NCBI GenBank assembly: GCA_042218325.1
Contig: JBDGRE010000010.1
Span: 1-64,000 of the forward strand
Origin: Candidatus Nanohaloarchaea archaeon
Lineage (GTDB): Archaea > Nanohalarchaeota > Nanosalinia > Nanosalinales > Nanosalinaceae
Direction of reading: 5' to 3'
DNA: 64,000 bases
Shown one piece after another: positions 38,455-48,985 of this stretch. The position numbers were made by a program, and so were the translations under genes. The notes beneath the pieces were generated by a model that was not told the origin of the DNA, searched no databases, and was given only the letters and a program-made list of their open reading frames with translations. Within the stretch, counting starts at the first letter, position 1, and each line of letters begins with the position of its first letter.

Positions 38455-39288
38455 ATGAGTTTCCACTTCCGGTTTCTGGCCGCTGCCACGAAGGCGCTCG
38501 CGGAGTACAGCATAACCACTACCGACTTCATAACGGCCGTGGTGGTAGCAGTCGTGGGATACACGGTGAACGAGGCCTCCAACTACCTCGTCGACCGGGA
38601 GGTCGAGCGGAGAGGGGGCGACGAGCACGCGGCCAAGTCCGCGAAACGGGTTACCGCGTACGTCATCTACCCTCTCACATTTGTCATCATCCTCGGCGTC
38701 TTCGGCGTCCCGCTTTCCGGGCTCGGAACCGCGGTAGGACTCATCGGCCTCGGGATCTCGTTCGCGCTGAAAGATATGATAGCCAACTTCATCTCCGGCA
38801 TCCTGATACTGATTAACCGTCCGTTCAAGATAGGCGACCAGATCAAGGTGGCCGGGGAGGAGGGAACCCTGCGGGACATCAAGCTCCGGGCGTCGGAGAT
38901 AAAGACGTACGACGGCAGGAAGGTGATAGTCCCGAACTCCGACCTGTACAACAAGGTGGTCATCAACAACACGGCGTACGACGAGCGCCGGTTCGAGGTC
39001 ATAGTCGGGATGGGCTACGACGATGATATCAAGAAGGCCCGCGAGCTCGGGTTCGAGGCACTTGACGAGGCGGAAGGCGTCGAGGATACGCCGGATTCTC
39101 AGGTGCTGGTCAACGAGCTCGGGGATTCAAGCGTCAACCTGAAGCTGCGCGGCTGGACGAAGCCTTCGAAGGCCAACATGGTGAAGAGCTCGAGCGAGGT
39201 CGCGGAACTCGTCAAGAACAAGTACGACGAGGCCGGTATCGACATCCCGTATCCCATCAGGACGGTCTTCATGCACGAAGAGGCCTGA
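38455..39288 (+). CDS. mscS: Small-conductance mechanosensitive channel
   Basis: ISFALKDMIANFISG..RPFKIGDQI, IVPNS, GIDIPYP. Confidence 0.92.
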   Translation: MSFHFRFLAAATKALAEYSITTTDFITAVVVAVVGYTVNEASNYLVDREVERRGGDEHAAKSAKRVTAYVIYPLTFVIILGVFGVPLSGLGTAVGLIGLGISFALKDMIANFISGILILINRPFKIGDQIKVAGEEGTLRDIKLRASEIKTYDGRKVIVPNSDLYNKVVINNTAYDERRFEVIVGMGYDDDIKKARELGFEALDEAEGVEDTPDSQVLVNELGDSSVNLKLRGWTKPSKANMVKSSSEVAELVKNKYDEAGIDIPYPIRTVFMHEEA

Positions 39289-39390
39289 TTGTAATACGAA
39301 ACAGCCGATTTACACTTTTACAGAGCCATTTGTAATACGTTTGCGGGATAGACCGTTTTCTTCTTAAGGCTTCGTACCACGGGTTTCGGT

Positions 39391-39702
39391 ATGCCAACCG
39401 ATATCGACGAGGACAGGATGGAAGAGATACAGAACTCTGACGAAGTATGGGTCATAGATTTCTGGGCGGAATGGTGCAAACCGTGCGAGAAGTACGGCCC
39501 GATCTTCGAAGAGGTCTCGGAAAAGGTCGACGGCGTTAACTTCGGCAAGGTCGACATGGAGGAGCATTCCCAGCTTGGGCAGAACCTCGGGGTGCGCGCT
39601 CTTCCGACAACGCTTATCCTGAAAGGTGGTGAAGAGGTCGACAGGAACGCAGGCGTTATGCAGGCCGACGAGCTCGAGGACTGGATAGAGGATAAAGTCT
39701 AG
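39391..39702 (+). CDS. trxA: Thioredoxin
   Basis: DFWAEWCKPC, VRALPT. Confidence 0.92.
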   Translation: MPTDIDEDRMEEIQNSDEVWVIDFWAEWCKPCEKYGPIFEEVSEKVDGVNFGKVDMEEHSQLGQNLGVRALPTTLILKGGEEVDRNAGVMQADELEDWIEDKV

Positions 39703-40196
39703 AGGTACTCGCTCCAGTCGATATCGCCGTAACCTGCTTCTTCTTTTTCTATCCTTCTCTCTATCTCGCCTGCGACATCCTTAGGTTCCCTGCCGGTCGT
39801 GTCGACCTCAATGATATCCTCCTGTTTCTGGACTGCCTCCTGGAGACCCACGTCAAGGGCCTCTGATTCGACGTTCTCGTCGATTTTCTCTTCGCTGTAT
39901 TCCCGCTGTTCCAGCCGCTCGCGCAGGACGTCCGGCCGCGTTCTGAGAACGATGCAGTAGTCCGCCGGGAAGTGGTGCGCGAGATGGCCTTCGATGACAG
40001 TATCTCCGGTTCCGGGTTCCTGCTCCAGGGCATTGACCATCTCGGGGACATCGACCTCGAACTCCTCGCCGGGCGTGCCGAGGTCTTTTTCTTTCACGTA
40101 CTCGGTCAGGTCTACGACCTCGAAACCTCTCTCCTTCAGCTCCCTGGCGACGGAGGTCTTGCCGGTTCCGGGCGTGCCTGTAAGGGCTATTTTCAC
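39699..40196 (-). CDS. Adenylate kinase, AK6/Fap7 type
   Basis: TGTPGTGKT, EGHLAH, RLEQREYSEEKIDEN. Confidence 0.88.
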   Translation of the reverse strand: MKIALTGTPGTGKTSVARELKERGFEVVDLTEYVKEKDLGTPGEEFEVDVPEMVNALEQEPGTGDTVIEGHLAHHFPADYCIVLRTRPDVLRERLEQREYSEEKIDENVESEALDVGLQEAVQKQEDIIEVDTTGREPKDVAGEIERRIEKEEAGYGDIDWSEYL

Positions 40197-40260
40197 ACCG
40201 AGAAAGTTTTCTGAAAGCATAAAAGCTTGATTTCCGCCTTAAGCTATAGGTAGGGTAGAT

Positions 40261-41217
40261 ATGCCAGAAGACGAGATAGCGGTGTGGACGGAGAAGTACA
40301 GGCCGGATTCTCTTGAAGAGCTGATAAACCACGATGAGATATGTTCCCGGCTGGAGGCGTTCGTCGAGGAGAACGAGGTGCCGCACATGCTCTTCGCGGG
40401 GCCCGCGGGCACAGGCAAGACCACCAGCGCTATAGCGCTGGCGAAGGATCTCTACGGCGACGACTGGAAGCAGAACTTCATGGAGACCAACGCCTCGGAT
40501 GAAAGAGGCATCGACGTCGTGAGAGACCAGATAAAGAACTTCGCCCGCACAAAATCTGTAAACGCTGACTACAAGATAATGTTCCTCGACGAAGCAGATG
40601 CGCTGACTGCCGACGCCCAGCAGGCCCTGAGGCGTACGATGGAGCAGTTCTCCGAAAATACGCGGTTCATCATGTCATGCAACTACTCGTCGAAGATAAT
40701 CGACCCTATCCAGTCCCGCACCGCCGTTTTCAGGTTCAACCGGCTTGACGACGAGGATGTGAAGGAGTACATCAAGCGGGTCGCATCAGGCGAGGAGTTC
40801 AAGATAACTGAAGGTGCGGTTGACGCGGTTATAAGGGTCGCCGGCGGCGATTTAAGGCGGGTGACTAACATACTCCAGACCGCGGCCATCCAGCGCGACA
40901 AAATCGAAGAAGAGGATATCTACGACTCCGCCGCTTCTCTCCGCCCTGACGAGATAAACGAGGTGCTGGAGCTGGCGCTCGCGGGCGATTTCATGGACTC
41001 CCGGGACATGCTCTCTGAACTCATGATAGAGCGCGGGCTCGGCGGTCGCGACGTCATAAACTCAATCCACCGCGAGGTGTTCGACCTCGATATCTCCGAG
41101 GACCAGAAGCTGGAGGTCATCGAAAACCTGGGAGAGTTCGAGTTCCGTATCGCGGAGGGCGGCTCTGCCGACATCCAGATAGAGGCGCTGCTGGCGAAGA
41201 TCGCCGACCTGAAGTGA
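40261..41217 (+). CDS. rfcS: Replication factor C small subunit
   Basis: WTEKYRP, GPAGTGKT, NASDERGID, DEAD; no intein. Confidence 0.97.
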   Translation: MPEDEIAVWTEKYRPDSLEELINHDEICSRLEAFVEENEVPHMLFAGPAGTGKTTSAIALAKDLYGDDWKQNFMETNASDERGIDVVRDQIKNFARTKSVNADYKIMFLDEADALTADAQQALRRTMEQFSENTRFIMSCNYSSKIIDPIQSRTAVFRFNRLDDEDVKEYIKRVASGEEFKITEGAVDAVIRVAGGDLRRVTNILQTAAIQRDKIEEEDIYDSAASLRPDEINEVLELALAGDFMDSRDMLSELMIERGLGGRDVINSIHREVFDLDISEDQKLEVIENLGEFEFRIAEGGSADIQIEALLAKIADLK

Positions 41218-41242
41218 TGGAACCGACAGGTGCGTCTGCGAG

Positions 41243-42430
41243 ATGATGTGGGCCCAGAAGTACCGGCCGGAGAATCTTGAAGAGTACCGTGGCGCGTCTA
41301 GCCAGAGGAAGGAGCTGAAGGAATGGGCCGAGAACTGGGAGCAGGGCGATTCGCCAGTACTTTTGCACGGCCAGGCGGGGACCGGCAAGACCTCGCTGGT
41401 GGAGGCGCTTGCGAACGACCTAGGCTACGAGCTGGTGGAGACGAATGCGAGCGATGTCCGCACCAAGTCGAAACTTAAAACAGAGCTGAAGGAGGCCAGC
41501 CGCCAGGCGTCGTTCTTAGGCAGCCAGAAACTGATACTGATAGACGAGGTCGACGGCATGGGCCGTTCGGACCGCGGCGGGACGCAGGAACTGAATGAGA
41601 TAGTCGACGAATCCCGGTTCCCCGTGGTGATGACCGCGAACGATGCGTATGACTCGAAGATACGGGCGCTGCGGAACAAGTCGAAGATGATAGAGATCGG
41701 CTCGGTCCACACCAACTCCATCAACGCGCACCTGAAGCAGATACTGGAAGAGGAAGGTATCGAGTACGAGGAAAAGGCCGTGAAGCGTATCGCGCGTCAG
41801 GCCGGCGGCCAGATGAGGTCCGCCATCAACGACCTTGAGTCGGTCGCGCGCGGCAGGGACGAGCTTACAGTGGATGACCTCGGCTCTCTCGGCTACCGTG
41901 ACTCGGAGAAGGATGTCTTCGAGGCGCTGAAGATGGTTTTCAAGACGGAGACCGCAGAGACCGCGAACCAGGCGACTGACAACCTTGACGAGGACGCGGA
42001 GACGTTCATGCAGTGGCTGCGGGAGAACGTTCCGAGGGAGTACAAGAAGAGCGGCGATGTCTCCGGGGCTTACGACTGGCTGTCGAAGGCGGATATCTTC
42101 AATGGCCGTATCCGGAGGACGCAGAACTGGAAGCTGCTGAAATACGTCTATCTTCTATCGACCGTTGGCGTGGCGCTGTCGAAGCAGGAGAAGTACTCGG
42201 GGTGGACCAAGTACCAGTACCCTTCGAAGATACAGAGGATGGGCTCGTCGCGGGCGGCCCGGAACAGGCTGGAGTCGATAGGGAAGAAGGTCGGCGAAAA
42301 GCTACATGTTTCAGTGCAGGAGTCGAAGCAGATGATGCCGTTCCTGGCGGTCATGCTGGATAAGCATCCCGCGCTGCAGAGACATCTACGGCTTTCTGAT
42401 GACGAGGTCGAGTTCATAGAAGAGTTCTAG
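41243..42430 (+). CDS. rfcL: Replication factor C large subunit
   Basis: WAQKYRP, GTGKT, NASD, DEVD; follows rfcS. Confidence 0.93.
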   Translation: MMWAQKYRPENLEEYRGASSQRKELKEWAENWEQGDSPVLLHGQAGTGKTSLVEALANDLGYELVETNASDVRTKSKLKTELKEASRQASFLGSQKLILIDEVDGMGRSDRGGTQELNEIVDESRFPVVMTANDAYDSKIRALRNKSKMIEIGSVHTNSINAHLKQILEEEGIEYEEKAVKRIARQAGGQMRSAINDLESVARGRDELTVDDLGSLGYRDSEKDVFEALKMVFKTETAETANQATDNLDEDAETFMQWLRENVPREYKKSGDVSGAYDWLSKADIFNGRIRRTQNWKLLKYVYLLSTVGVALSKQEKYSGWTKYQYPSKIQRMGSSRAARNRLESIGKKVGEKLHVSVQESKQMMPFLAVMLDKHPALQRHLRLSDDEVEFIEEF

Positions 42431-42765
42431 CTGACGCATTCCAGCTGGTACCGGTCGCCCGGCTGCACGAGCGTGACGTTGAAACAGTCGTAGTCGCCGT
42501 CGCTGTTCCGGTCCCAGGCCCGGGTTTCGGAACTGTAACCTGCCAAACGGCTGACCATCTGCCCGAATTTCTCCCTCTCCTTCTCTGAACTCATATCTAT
42601 CTTATCAGCCTCTAACTTTATCCTGTTGACATCGTATATCGCGGAGTCGTGGTGGAACTGCTGGGACTGTACCTCGGCTATGGTCGAAGAGGTCGTTATC
42701 AGCATCAGGCCGATTACGATAGCGGATATCAGCAGGAACTGTCCTTTCCTCCTCACTGCTCCCAC
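42427..42765 (-). CDS. Pilin-like protein (class III signal peptide)
   Basis: RRKG/QFLLISAIVI. Confidence 0.75.
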   Translation of the reverse strand: MGAVRRKGQFLLISAIVIGLMLITTSSTIAEVQSQQFHHDSAIYDVNRIKLEADKIDMSSEKEREKFGQMVSRLAGYSSETRAWDRNSDGDYDCFNVTLVQPGDRYQLECVS

Positions 42766-44477
42766 CTCATGTCTATCCTGTAGGGCATGTAGACCTGGTT
42801 CTTTATCCCTCCTACAGAGGTCGTGGATATCCTGCCGTTGACCTGCCCGAAGCTGTTCTGCTCGCCGTTAAGCCAGTAAAGAACAGAGGTCAGCAGTTTC
42901 CTGTCCTCCTCGCTGTAGCTTGTCTCGTAGCCTGCCCTAGCGAAACGCTCGATGTTGGTGTCTTCGAACTCTGTCCGGGAGTTGACTATCTCTATCCTGT
43001 CGCTGCCTGCGTAGACGAACTCCGCACATTCTCCGGGAGAACAGCTGCCGGAGGCCGGGTATATCTTCGCGGTGTACTTCCGGTCCTCGACCGTGAGCGT
43101 GTCGCCGTTCGCGTAGGTCTTCTCATCCTGCTCTATGCGGCCGTTGCCGCTCGTGTCAAGGCTCAGGGCCCATACTTCTTCCGCGTCGCTGCAGTCCCCG
43201 AGTTCGGAGCTCCATCCGTCGTAGGTGCTGCCCGGGAACGGGAAGCTACCCTGCCTGTAGTTCCCGCAGCCGCTCTCCGGTACGCCGGGCGGCGGGGCGC
43301 TGTCTGTCGTCATCGACATGTCTGTTGCGTTCCAGTTATCAGTTCTTAGTCTCGCGCTCCGGGCGTAGGCCAGTCCCTGTCCCGATGTTATGTTGCCGCC
43401 GGGAAGCATGTCGACGGCGTTTTTAGAGCCGGACTGCCCCAGGAACAGGTTCTCTGCTCTCCGGGATCTCGGTGTCTCGGAGAAACTTGCACCGAAGGGC
43501 CTGAGCGTCCAGCCGGGGTCCTTCCATCTCAATCCTGTTCTCGCCATGAAGCCGCTGGAGAGGTCGCTTTCTTCCAGGTCGACGAGGAACAGCGCGGAGC
43601 CGTCGTCGAGGTATTCCATGACCCTCTGCTCCCTGTCGCTGTCCGCGTTTATCAGGTCGAGTGAGGCCTCCCTCCGGAAGACGAGTGTGTCGTAGTCCGA
43701 GAGATCGGTCGTCGAGAAGTTGAAGGTGTCTACACCTGTGTCGGTCCTGATGCCGTTGATGTTCTTTCTGATGGTCGTCCTGAAACGTGCGGGTTGTTCG
43801 GCCTCGTATACAAGAAGTTTTTCGCCGTCCTTCGAGATATCTTTGAGGTCGTAGTGAAGGTCGGTTTCCGCGTCCGACCTGTTACCCCACCAGTAGAACC
43901 TGTCCTCCAGTATCGGTCCTTCTGCGGCGGAGAACTGGCATCTTGTCCCGTTGTCCACCCATACTGCGTCGTAGTCTTCCTCGCCGTTGAAGCCGCCGGG
44001 AACGCTGGGGTCGATATCGGCCACGTAGAGGTGTACCCCGTGTCTCTCGCTCACAGTCCTCATCACGTCGTTCTCGGAGTTTATCTCCTCGAGGTCGTTG
44101 CTTGTGGCGCAGCGGTCGCCGAGAGATGTGGCGGTCCTGGCCCTGATATCGTGTATGCCGGTCTGCAGTACGTGGAACCCTACCACTTTCTCACCTATCG
44201 GGAGGTTCTGTACGCTGCCGGAGGCTTCCAGCCGTCCCTGTGCAAGCGTCGAGGCCGCGGTCCTCAGCGACCCGGTCTCTCCTCTTTGCAGGAAGGCGTC
44301 CATGTTACCTGTTTTCTGCAGCACGTATGTGATGTCCTTGGCGGCTACCTCGCCCTGGAAACGGCTCCAGTCGTGTGAAGGCGGGGACTGCAGGCTTCCT
44401 ATCGCGAAAACGAAGAGCGTGAGTATGGCGACGAAGGCCTCTACGCTGTAGCCTATCCCTTTACTGCGGTCTACCAT
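42753..44477 (-). CDS. Large pilin-like/adhesin protein
   Basis: SKG/IGYSVEAFVAIL; Cys pairs. Confidence 0.72.
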   Translation of the reverse strand: MVDRSKGIGYSVEAFVAILTLFVFAIGSLQSPPSHDWSRFQGEVAAKDITYVLQKTGNMDAFLQRGETGSLRTAASTLAQGRLEASGSVQNLPIGEKVVGFHVLQTGIHDIRARTATSLGDRCATSNDLEEINSENDVMRTVSERHGVHLYVADIDPSVPGGFNGEEDYDAVWVDNGTRCQFSAAEGPILEDRFYWWGNRSDAETDLHYDLKDISKDGEKLLVYEAEQPARFRTTIRKNINGIRTDTGVDTFNFSTTDLSDYDTLVFRREASLDLINADSDREQRVMEYLDDGSALFLVDLEESDLSSGFMARTGLRWKDPGWTLRPFGASFSETPRSRRAENLFLGQSGSKNAVDMLPGGNITSGQGLAYARSARLRTDNWNATDMSMTTDSAPPPGVPESGCGNYRQGSFPFPGSTYDGWSSELGDCSDAEEVWALSLDTSGNGRIEQDEKTYANGDTLTVEDRKYTAKIYPASGSCSPGECAEFVYAGSDRIEIVNSRTEFEDTNIERFARAGYETSYSEEDRKLLTSVLYWLNGEQNSFGQVNGRISTTSVGGIKNQVYMPYRIDMRWEQ

Positions 44478-45325
44478 GCCAGTACTTTCACCCTCAGGGG
44501 TTCGTCTTCCATCACCGCGTACCGTTGCATGCTTATGACCCGCGAGTCAGAGTCGACGCTTGCACCGAAGGTTTTGAGCTGCTGCGATACGATTACGAGA
44601 GCTCCTGGGTCGTTCTCCCTGTTCTGGAACCTCTGTATCTTGAACTCGTCGCCTTTCCTGCCGAAGACGTCTCCGGTCCCGAGAGGAGGGTAGCCGCGGA
44701 AGTTCCAGTTTCTCGAGACGTAGGTCGTGTTGTAGACGCCATCGTGGGAAGTCGTGAGGAAGTGATAATCGGTCCCGTTCAGCGTCTCGCTGCCATAGTG
44801 GACCGTGTTACCGGCGGAGCTGTAGTAACCCGTTACAGGTTCGGTTATAGACGGTGTCTGGCTGCTTCCCTGCCCTCGCGTGAAGCTTTCCGGTGTCTCT
44901 ATCAGCGGCATCCACGTGAACGTGAACTGGTACTGGTTGTCGGCACCTGAGATTTCCTTGAACTGGGAGTAGTTGAGGTAGTTGAAGCCGCTGCCACGCG
45001 GATCCGCTGTACGGAGACGCATGAGCTTGTCTCTTTCCACCTGCTTGAAGCTGGATGCCAGCCCGACCGCGGACGCGTGTTCCACGGTCGTGTTATTCTT
45101 CTCCCAGTTCGTGCTTCCGCTGTAAGACTGCCATCCGGGGTTGGAGAGTATCTGTGTCGATATCTGTCTTGCCTCAAGGTTGAGAGAGGCCTCCTGTGCA
45201 TCGGAAGTGAACTCCGGTAGTATGCCCTGTCCCGCAGTCACGAGTGCACCGAGAGCACCTATGTATATCAGTGCGGCTGCGAGGAACTCTATGTTTATCT
45301 GCGCTTTCCTGTTCATCCTATACAC
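44471..45325 (-). CDS. Pilin-like protein
   Basis: RKA/QINIEFLAAALI. Confidence 0.75.
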   Translation of the reverse strand: MYRMNRKAQINIEFLAAALIYIGALGALVTAGQGILPEFTSDAQEASLNLEARQISTQILSNPGWQSYSGSTNWEKNNTTVEHASAVGLASSFKQVERDKLMRLRTADPRGSGFNYLNYSQFKEISGADNQYQFTFTWMPLIETPESFTRGQGSSQTPSITEPVTGYYSSAGNTVHYGSETLNGTDYHFLTTSHDGVYNTTYVSRNWNFRGYPPLGTGDVFGRKGDEFKIQRFQNRENDPGALVIVSQQLKTFGASVDSDSRVISMQRYAVMEDEPLRVKVLAW

Positions 45326-46340
45326 CCGCCAGCCCTACCGCGTACATGAAAGCGGTGAAAGCTATCGGTAGCAGTATCAGGGCGTGCTTGACCCCTGCGC
45401 TCGGTGAGCCCTCGGATATCTGGCCGGCAACTGCGCCGGTGGCGGCTCCCTGTACCATGAGCATTGCGAACAGCAGCGACTTGTAGTAGGCCATGTTGCC
45501 GTAGCTGAACCGGGTCGCGTACTCCGAGGTGAACGAGGTGACGTTCCCGGGCACGAAACCGAACAGCTTGGCTGTCTCGCAGAGAGGAGTCGCCACAGCG
45601 ATATCGCCGCTGCAGTAGTTGATGCTGCGACCGCCGCTACCCATGAACTCGAGGCCCTGCAGTGCTCCCCCTTCCGGGCTCCCGAGGCCGAGAAGCTGGG
45701 CAAGCATCGTGTATATACCGATAGTTATGCCGATGAAGAGGAAGTATATCACATACATGATGAAGACCTGCTGCTTGATCTTGGAGTCCTTCTTCTGCAG
45801 TGTCTCCTTGAGCTGGGCCGCGTCCTCGGCGATGGCCTCTATGGTCTTGGTTATGTCTCCGCCGCTCCGGAAGCTCTGCAACAGGATGGACACGGATTCC
45901 TGGATGACGGAGGAATCCTTCATCCGGCGGGAGAACCTTTCCATGACCTTCGGGAACGGTATCCCCCAGGTGAGCTCGTTGTGGATCCTCTCGATCTCGT
46001 TGTTGAGCCTGCCGTACTCGGTGTCTTTCGCGGACTCGAACGCCTGCAGTATCGTCATGCCGCCCCGTTTCGACTCTGCGAGATCCTTCAGGAAAGACGG
46101 GAACTGGTCCTCCATCTCTCTTATAGCCCGGTTCTTAAGGAATGAGATTATACCGTACGGGAGCACACCGACTATCAGGCCGAGAAGCAGCAGGGCGCCC
46201 CCGAGCTGCCTCGATACGGATATGTAAGATAATATGCCTGTCAGTATCAGCAGGGCTCCTACCGCTACCGAGCCTATAACGGCCTTGTCTTCGGTGGAGT
46301 ATCCCTGCTGGTACTCCTCCTCCCTGAAGAAGTCGATCAC
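45318..46340 (-). CDS. Type IV pilus platform protein (TadC/PilC, T2SSF domain)
   Basis: FPSFLKDLAESKRGGM, YGRLN.EI, SGGDI. Confidence 0.88.
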   Translation of the reverse strand: MIDFFREEEYQQGYSTEDKAVIGSVAVGALLILTGILSYISVSRQLGGALLLLGLIVGVLPYGIISFLKNRAIREMEDQFPSFLKDLAESKRGGMTILQAFESAKDTEYGRLNNEIERIHNELTWGIPFPKVMERFSRRMKDSSVIQESVSILLQSFRSGGDITKTIEAIAEDAAQLKETLQKKDSKIKQQVFIMYVIYFLFIGITIGIYTMLAQLLGLGSPEGGALQGLEFMGSGGRSINYCSGDIAVATPLCETAKLFGFVPGNVTSFTSEYATRFSYGNMAYYKSLLFAMLMVQGAATGAVAGQISEGSPSAGVKHALILLPIAFTAFMYAVGLAGV

Positions 46341-46407
46341 GGGATACCACCTTCCCGTTCATGGTGGGCAGCGGGCAGGTGTCTGGCACGGGAAATATTT
46401 CGAGGCA

Positions 46408-47295
46408 TTACCGGACACCTCCAGGTGCGAGGCCCCGGACAAGCAGGATGAACATGCCGGAGATTAGCGGCAGGACTATGAATATCGCAAGTATCTGTAC
46501 CGTGACGATCAGGCTGCCGGAGTAAGACGTGAACGAGCTCATCACCGCGCTCATGGAAGTGAATATTATGGAGCCGACGATGACCACTGTGATGTACATC
46601 TCAACGAGCAGCGAGAGCTGGTCCGCGAACTCCTCGACGCGCCGCTGATAGTCGTTCATAAGCGTTCTGGCGCGCTCCTGCAGAAAATCTCTCAGTGAAC
46701 CGCCTGACGTTATGACGTGGTTCATCCCCCACATCAGTTCCTGGAAGTCTTTGCTGGGGGTCCTGTCAGCCGCGTTTTTCAGGGCCTCGCTCAGGTCCAT
46801 GCCGAACGTCTCTATATCCCTTGAGATCTTTTCCGCCTCTTCCGATACCTCTCCGTATTCCTCCTGTTCTGCGAGTACGGCGAAAAGCTCGGGGATGGAC
46901 GTTCCTGTTCCTGCAAGCGTCGACATGTACATGGTCGCGAACGGCAGCTTGTCACGTATCTTGGAGGCCCGGTCCCTTATCAGTAGAAAAGGGTACAGGT
47001 AGAAGCCGAGCATCGTCGAGGCGCCGGTGACCAGCGACGCTGTTATGCCGAGAAGTATGCCTGTAAGGCCCGAGCCCATAACGAAGATAGAGCCGAGAAC
47101 AAACAGGCTGAACACCGATGCAAGCAGGGCGGAGAAAACGAGCATGGCGACGTATTCCGGTAGTGACACCTCTATATTGGCCTTGGAAAGCTGCGGCCGG
47201 AGATCCTCGAAGTACTCGATGTAGTCGAGGACGTAGCTGCCTATCTGGTTGTAGCAGAACTCGGAATACTTCTCAAGCATTCTCTTGTAGTTCAA
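46408..47295 (-). CDS. Type IV pilus platform protein (TadC/PilC, T2SSF domain)
   Basis: LPFATMYMSTLA, YGEVSEE, RTPS, SGGSL. Confidence 0.88.
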   Translation of the reverse strand: MNYKRMLEKYSEFCYNQIGSYVLDYIEYFEDLRPQLSKANIEVSLPEYVAMLVFSALLASVFSLFVLGSIFVMGSGLTGILLGITASLVTGASTMLGFYLYPFLLIRDRASKIRDKLPFATMYMSTLAGTGTSIPELFAVLAEQEEYGEVSEEAEKISRDIETFGMDLSEALKNAADRTPSKDFQELMWGMNHVITSGGSLRDFLQERARTLMNDYQRRVEEFADQLSLLVEMYITVVIVGSIIFTSMSAVMSSFTSYSGSLIVTVQILAIFIVLPLISGMFILLVRGLAPGGVR

Positions 47296-48985
47296 TCTGG
47301 TCCTGTTCCGAGTTAAAGCTTTGCCCCGCCTCTTCCAGGATCGCCTCGGGGTCCGAGTAGTACCGCGAGATTATGTCGCCGACCTTCCGGTAATGCTTGT
47401 GCTGCTCGTCCTGCATCCATTTCAGTACGTGCTGCCGGTTCACGAGTTCGCGCTGTATCTCCTCCTCGTCCATACCGGTCTCTTCCACTATCTGCTTCAG
47501 CAGCATGGAGTTGTTCTCCACGTAGTAGCTGTCGTCGCTCGCGTCCCATCCGAACACCTTGTTCGCATCGATCCCCTTCCGCTTGTCGTATCCCTCGACC
47601 TCGAAGATTCCCTTCACCCTCCTGACGTACGTGTCTCCCCGTCTTATCCTTGAGATAAGCATTATGGCGTCGAGGGTCTCTATTAGTGAGGGAGAGAGGT
47701 TGATAGGCTGGGTGGTAAGCCGGTCCATAAGCATGTCGAGCGAGTCGGCGTGGATGGTCGAGAGGCCTGTGTGGCCCGTGGCCATCTGCTGGAACAGGAT
47801 GTAGGCCTCCTCGCCACGGACCTCGCCGACTATGATGTACTCCGGCCGCTGGCGCAGCGACTCCTTAAGCAGGTCGTCCATCGAAACTTCGCCTCCCTCC
47901 TCGGCAGATGAGCCGAAGCCTGAACGGGCGACCTCTGGCACCCAGTGGTCGTGCGGCAGCCGCAGCTCCGGCGTGTCCTCGATGGACACTATCTTCTTTT
48001 CCGGCCTGATGAACAGGGATAGCGCGTTCAGCTGCGATGTCTTTCCTGCTCCCGTCGTACCGGCGACAAGTATGGATTTTCCGTGCTCCACGAGCGTCCA
48101 GAGGTAGCTCATCATCTGGGCGTTCTCGGTCTCGAAGTCGAGCATGTGTATGGGTGTCAGCGGGTCCTCGGTGAACCGCCTGATGGTGAAATTGGAACCC
48201 TTCCGGGCGATGTCGGTGGCGAGCGTGGCCTGTACGCGTGAGCCATCGGGCAGGGCACCGTCAAGCAATGGCTTTGAAACGCTTATCGAGCGGCCGCACC
48301 GCTGCGCCAGCTTCATAACGAAGCTATCCAGCTCTTCCTCTTCTTCCCACATCACGTTCGTCTTCACAGAGCCGAACCGGGGGTTCCGGTGGTATACGTA
48401 TACCGGGATGTCGATGCCGTCGCAGGAGATGTCCTCGACCTCCTTGTCGTTCATCAGCGGCTGCAGCTTGCCGAGACCCGCGAAGTCCCGGTAGGTGTAG
48501 TAACGTATGGTATCCCGCTGCTTCTCGTTGAGAGAGATGTTGTACTTGTCGACTATCATATCTATCTTCTCGGTGAGGTAATCATCGGCCTCGTCGGCCT
48601 CAAGTTCCTGGAAGTTGATGTCGAAGCTTCTCTCCAGTATCTGCTTTATCTTCTCGAGTATCCTCTCTGTTTCCGGCGTCAGCTCCGGCTCTATAACCCT
48701 GTAGACCAGCTCGCCCTCTTCCTCGCTGTAGGTTATGTGGCCCCAGGCGTAGACTATCTCGCCGGGTTCGGGGTCCTTGGGTACCAGCGGGTAGGTCACG
48801 TCTATCTCGGTGAGTTTCTCCTCTTCCTCTTCCTCTTCCGATACCATCCCCGGCTCGAAGCTTCCAGGCGCAGGAAGCTCGACGCCTTCAGACACTGTTT
48901 CCTGCTCTTCCTCTTCTTCCTCGTAGTACTCCGGGTGCTTCGCTTTCCTAAGTTTTTCTACCAGTCCTGTAAAGTTCGGGCTCAT
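47273..48985 (-). CDS. Type IV pilus assembly ATPase (VirB11/PilB/ArlI family)
   Basis: GTTGAGKT, IEDTPEL, LRQRPEYIIVGEVRG, TGH...STIHA. Confidence 0.95.
   Translation of the reverse strand: MSPNFTGLVEKLRKAKHPEYYEEEEEEQETVSEGVELPAPGSFEPGMVSEEEEEEEKLTEIDVTYPLVPKDPEPGEIVYAWGHITYSEEEGELVYRVIEPELTPETERILEKIKQILERSFDINFQELEADEADDYLTEKIDMIVDKYNISLNEKQRDTIRYYTYRDFAGLGKLQPLMNDKEVEDISCDGIDIPVYVYHRNPRFGSVKTNVMWEEEEELDSFVMKLAQRCGRSISVSKPLLDGALPDGSRVQATLATDIARKGSNFTIRRFTEDPLTPIHMLDFETENAQMMSYLWTLVEHGKSILVAGTTGAGKTSQLNALSLFIRPEKKIVSIEDTPELRLPHDHWVPEVARSGFGSSAEEGGEVSMDDLLKESLRQRPEYIIVGEVRGEEAYILFQQMATGHTGLSTIHADSLDMLMDRLTTQPINLSPSLIETLDAIMLISRIRRGDTYVRRVKGIFEVEGYDKRKGIDANKVFGWDASDDSYYVENNSMLLKQIVEETGMDEEEIQRELVNRQHVLKWMQDEQHKHYRKVGDIISRYYSDPEAILEEAGQSFNSEQDQIELQENA

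Noticed and set aside
40261-42430. Inteins in RFC or Lhr
   Set aside because: Lengths are normal and there are no intein motifs; the short acidic insert in Lhr looks like a loop.
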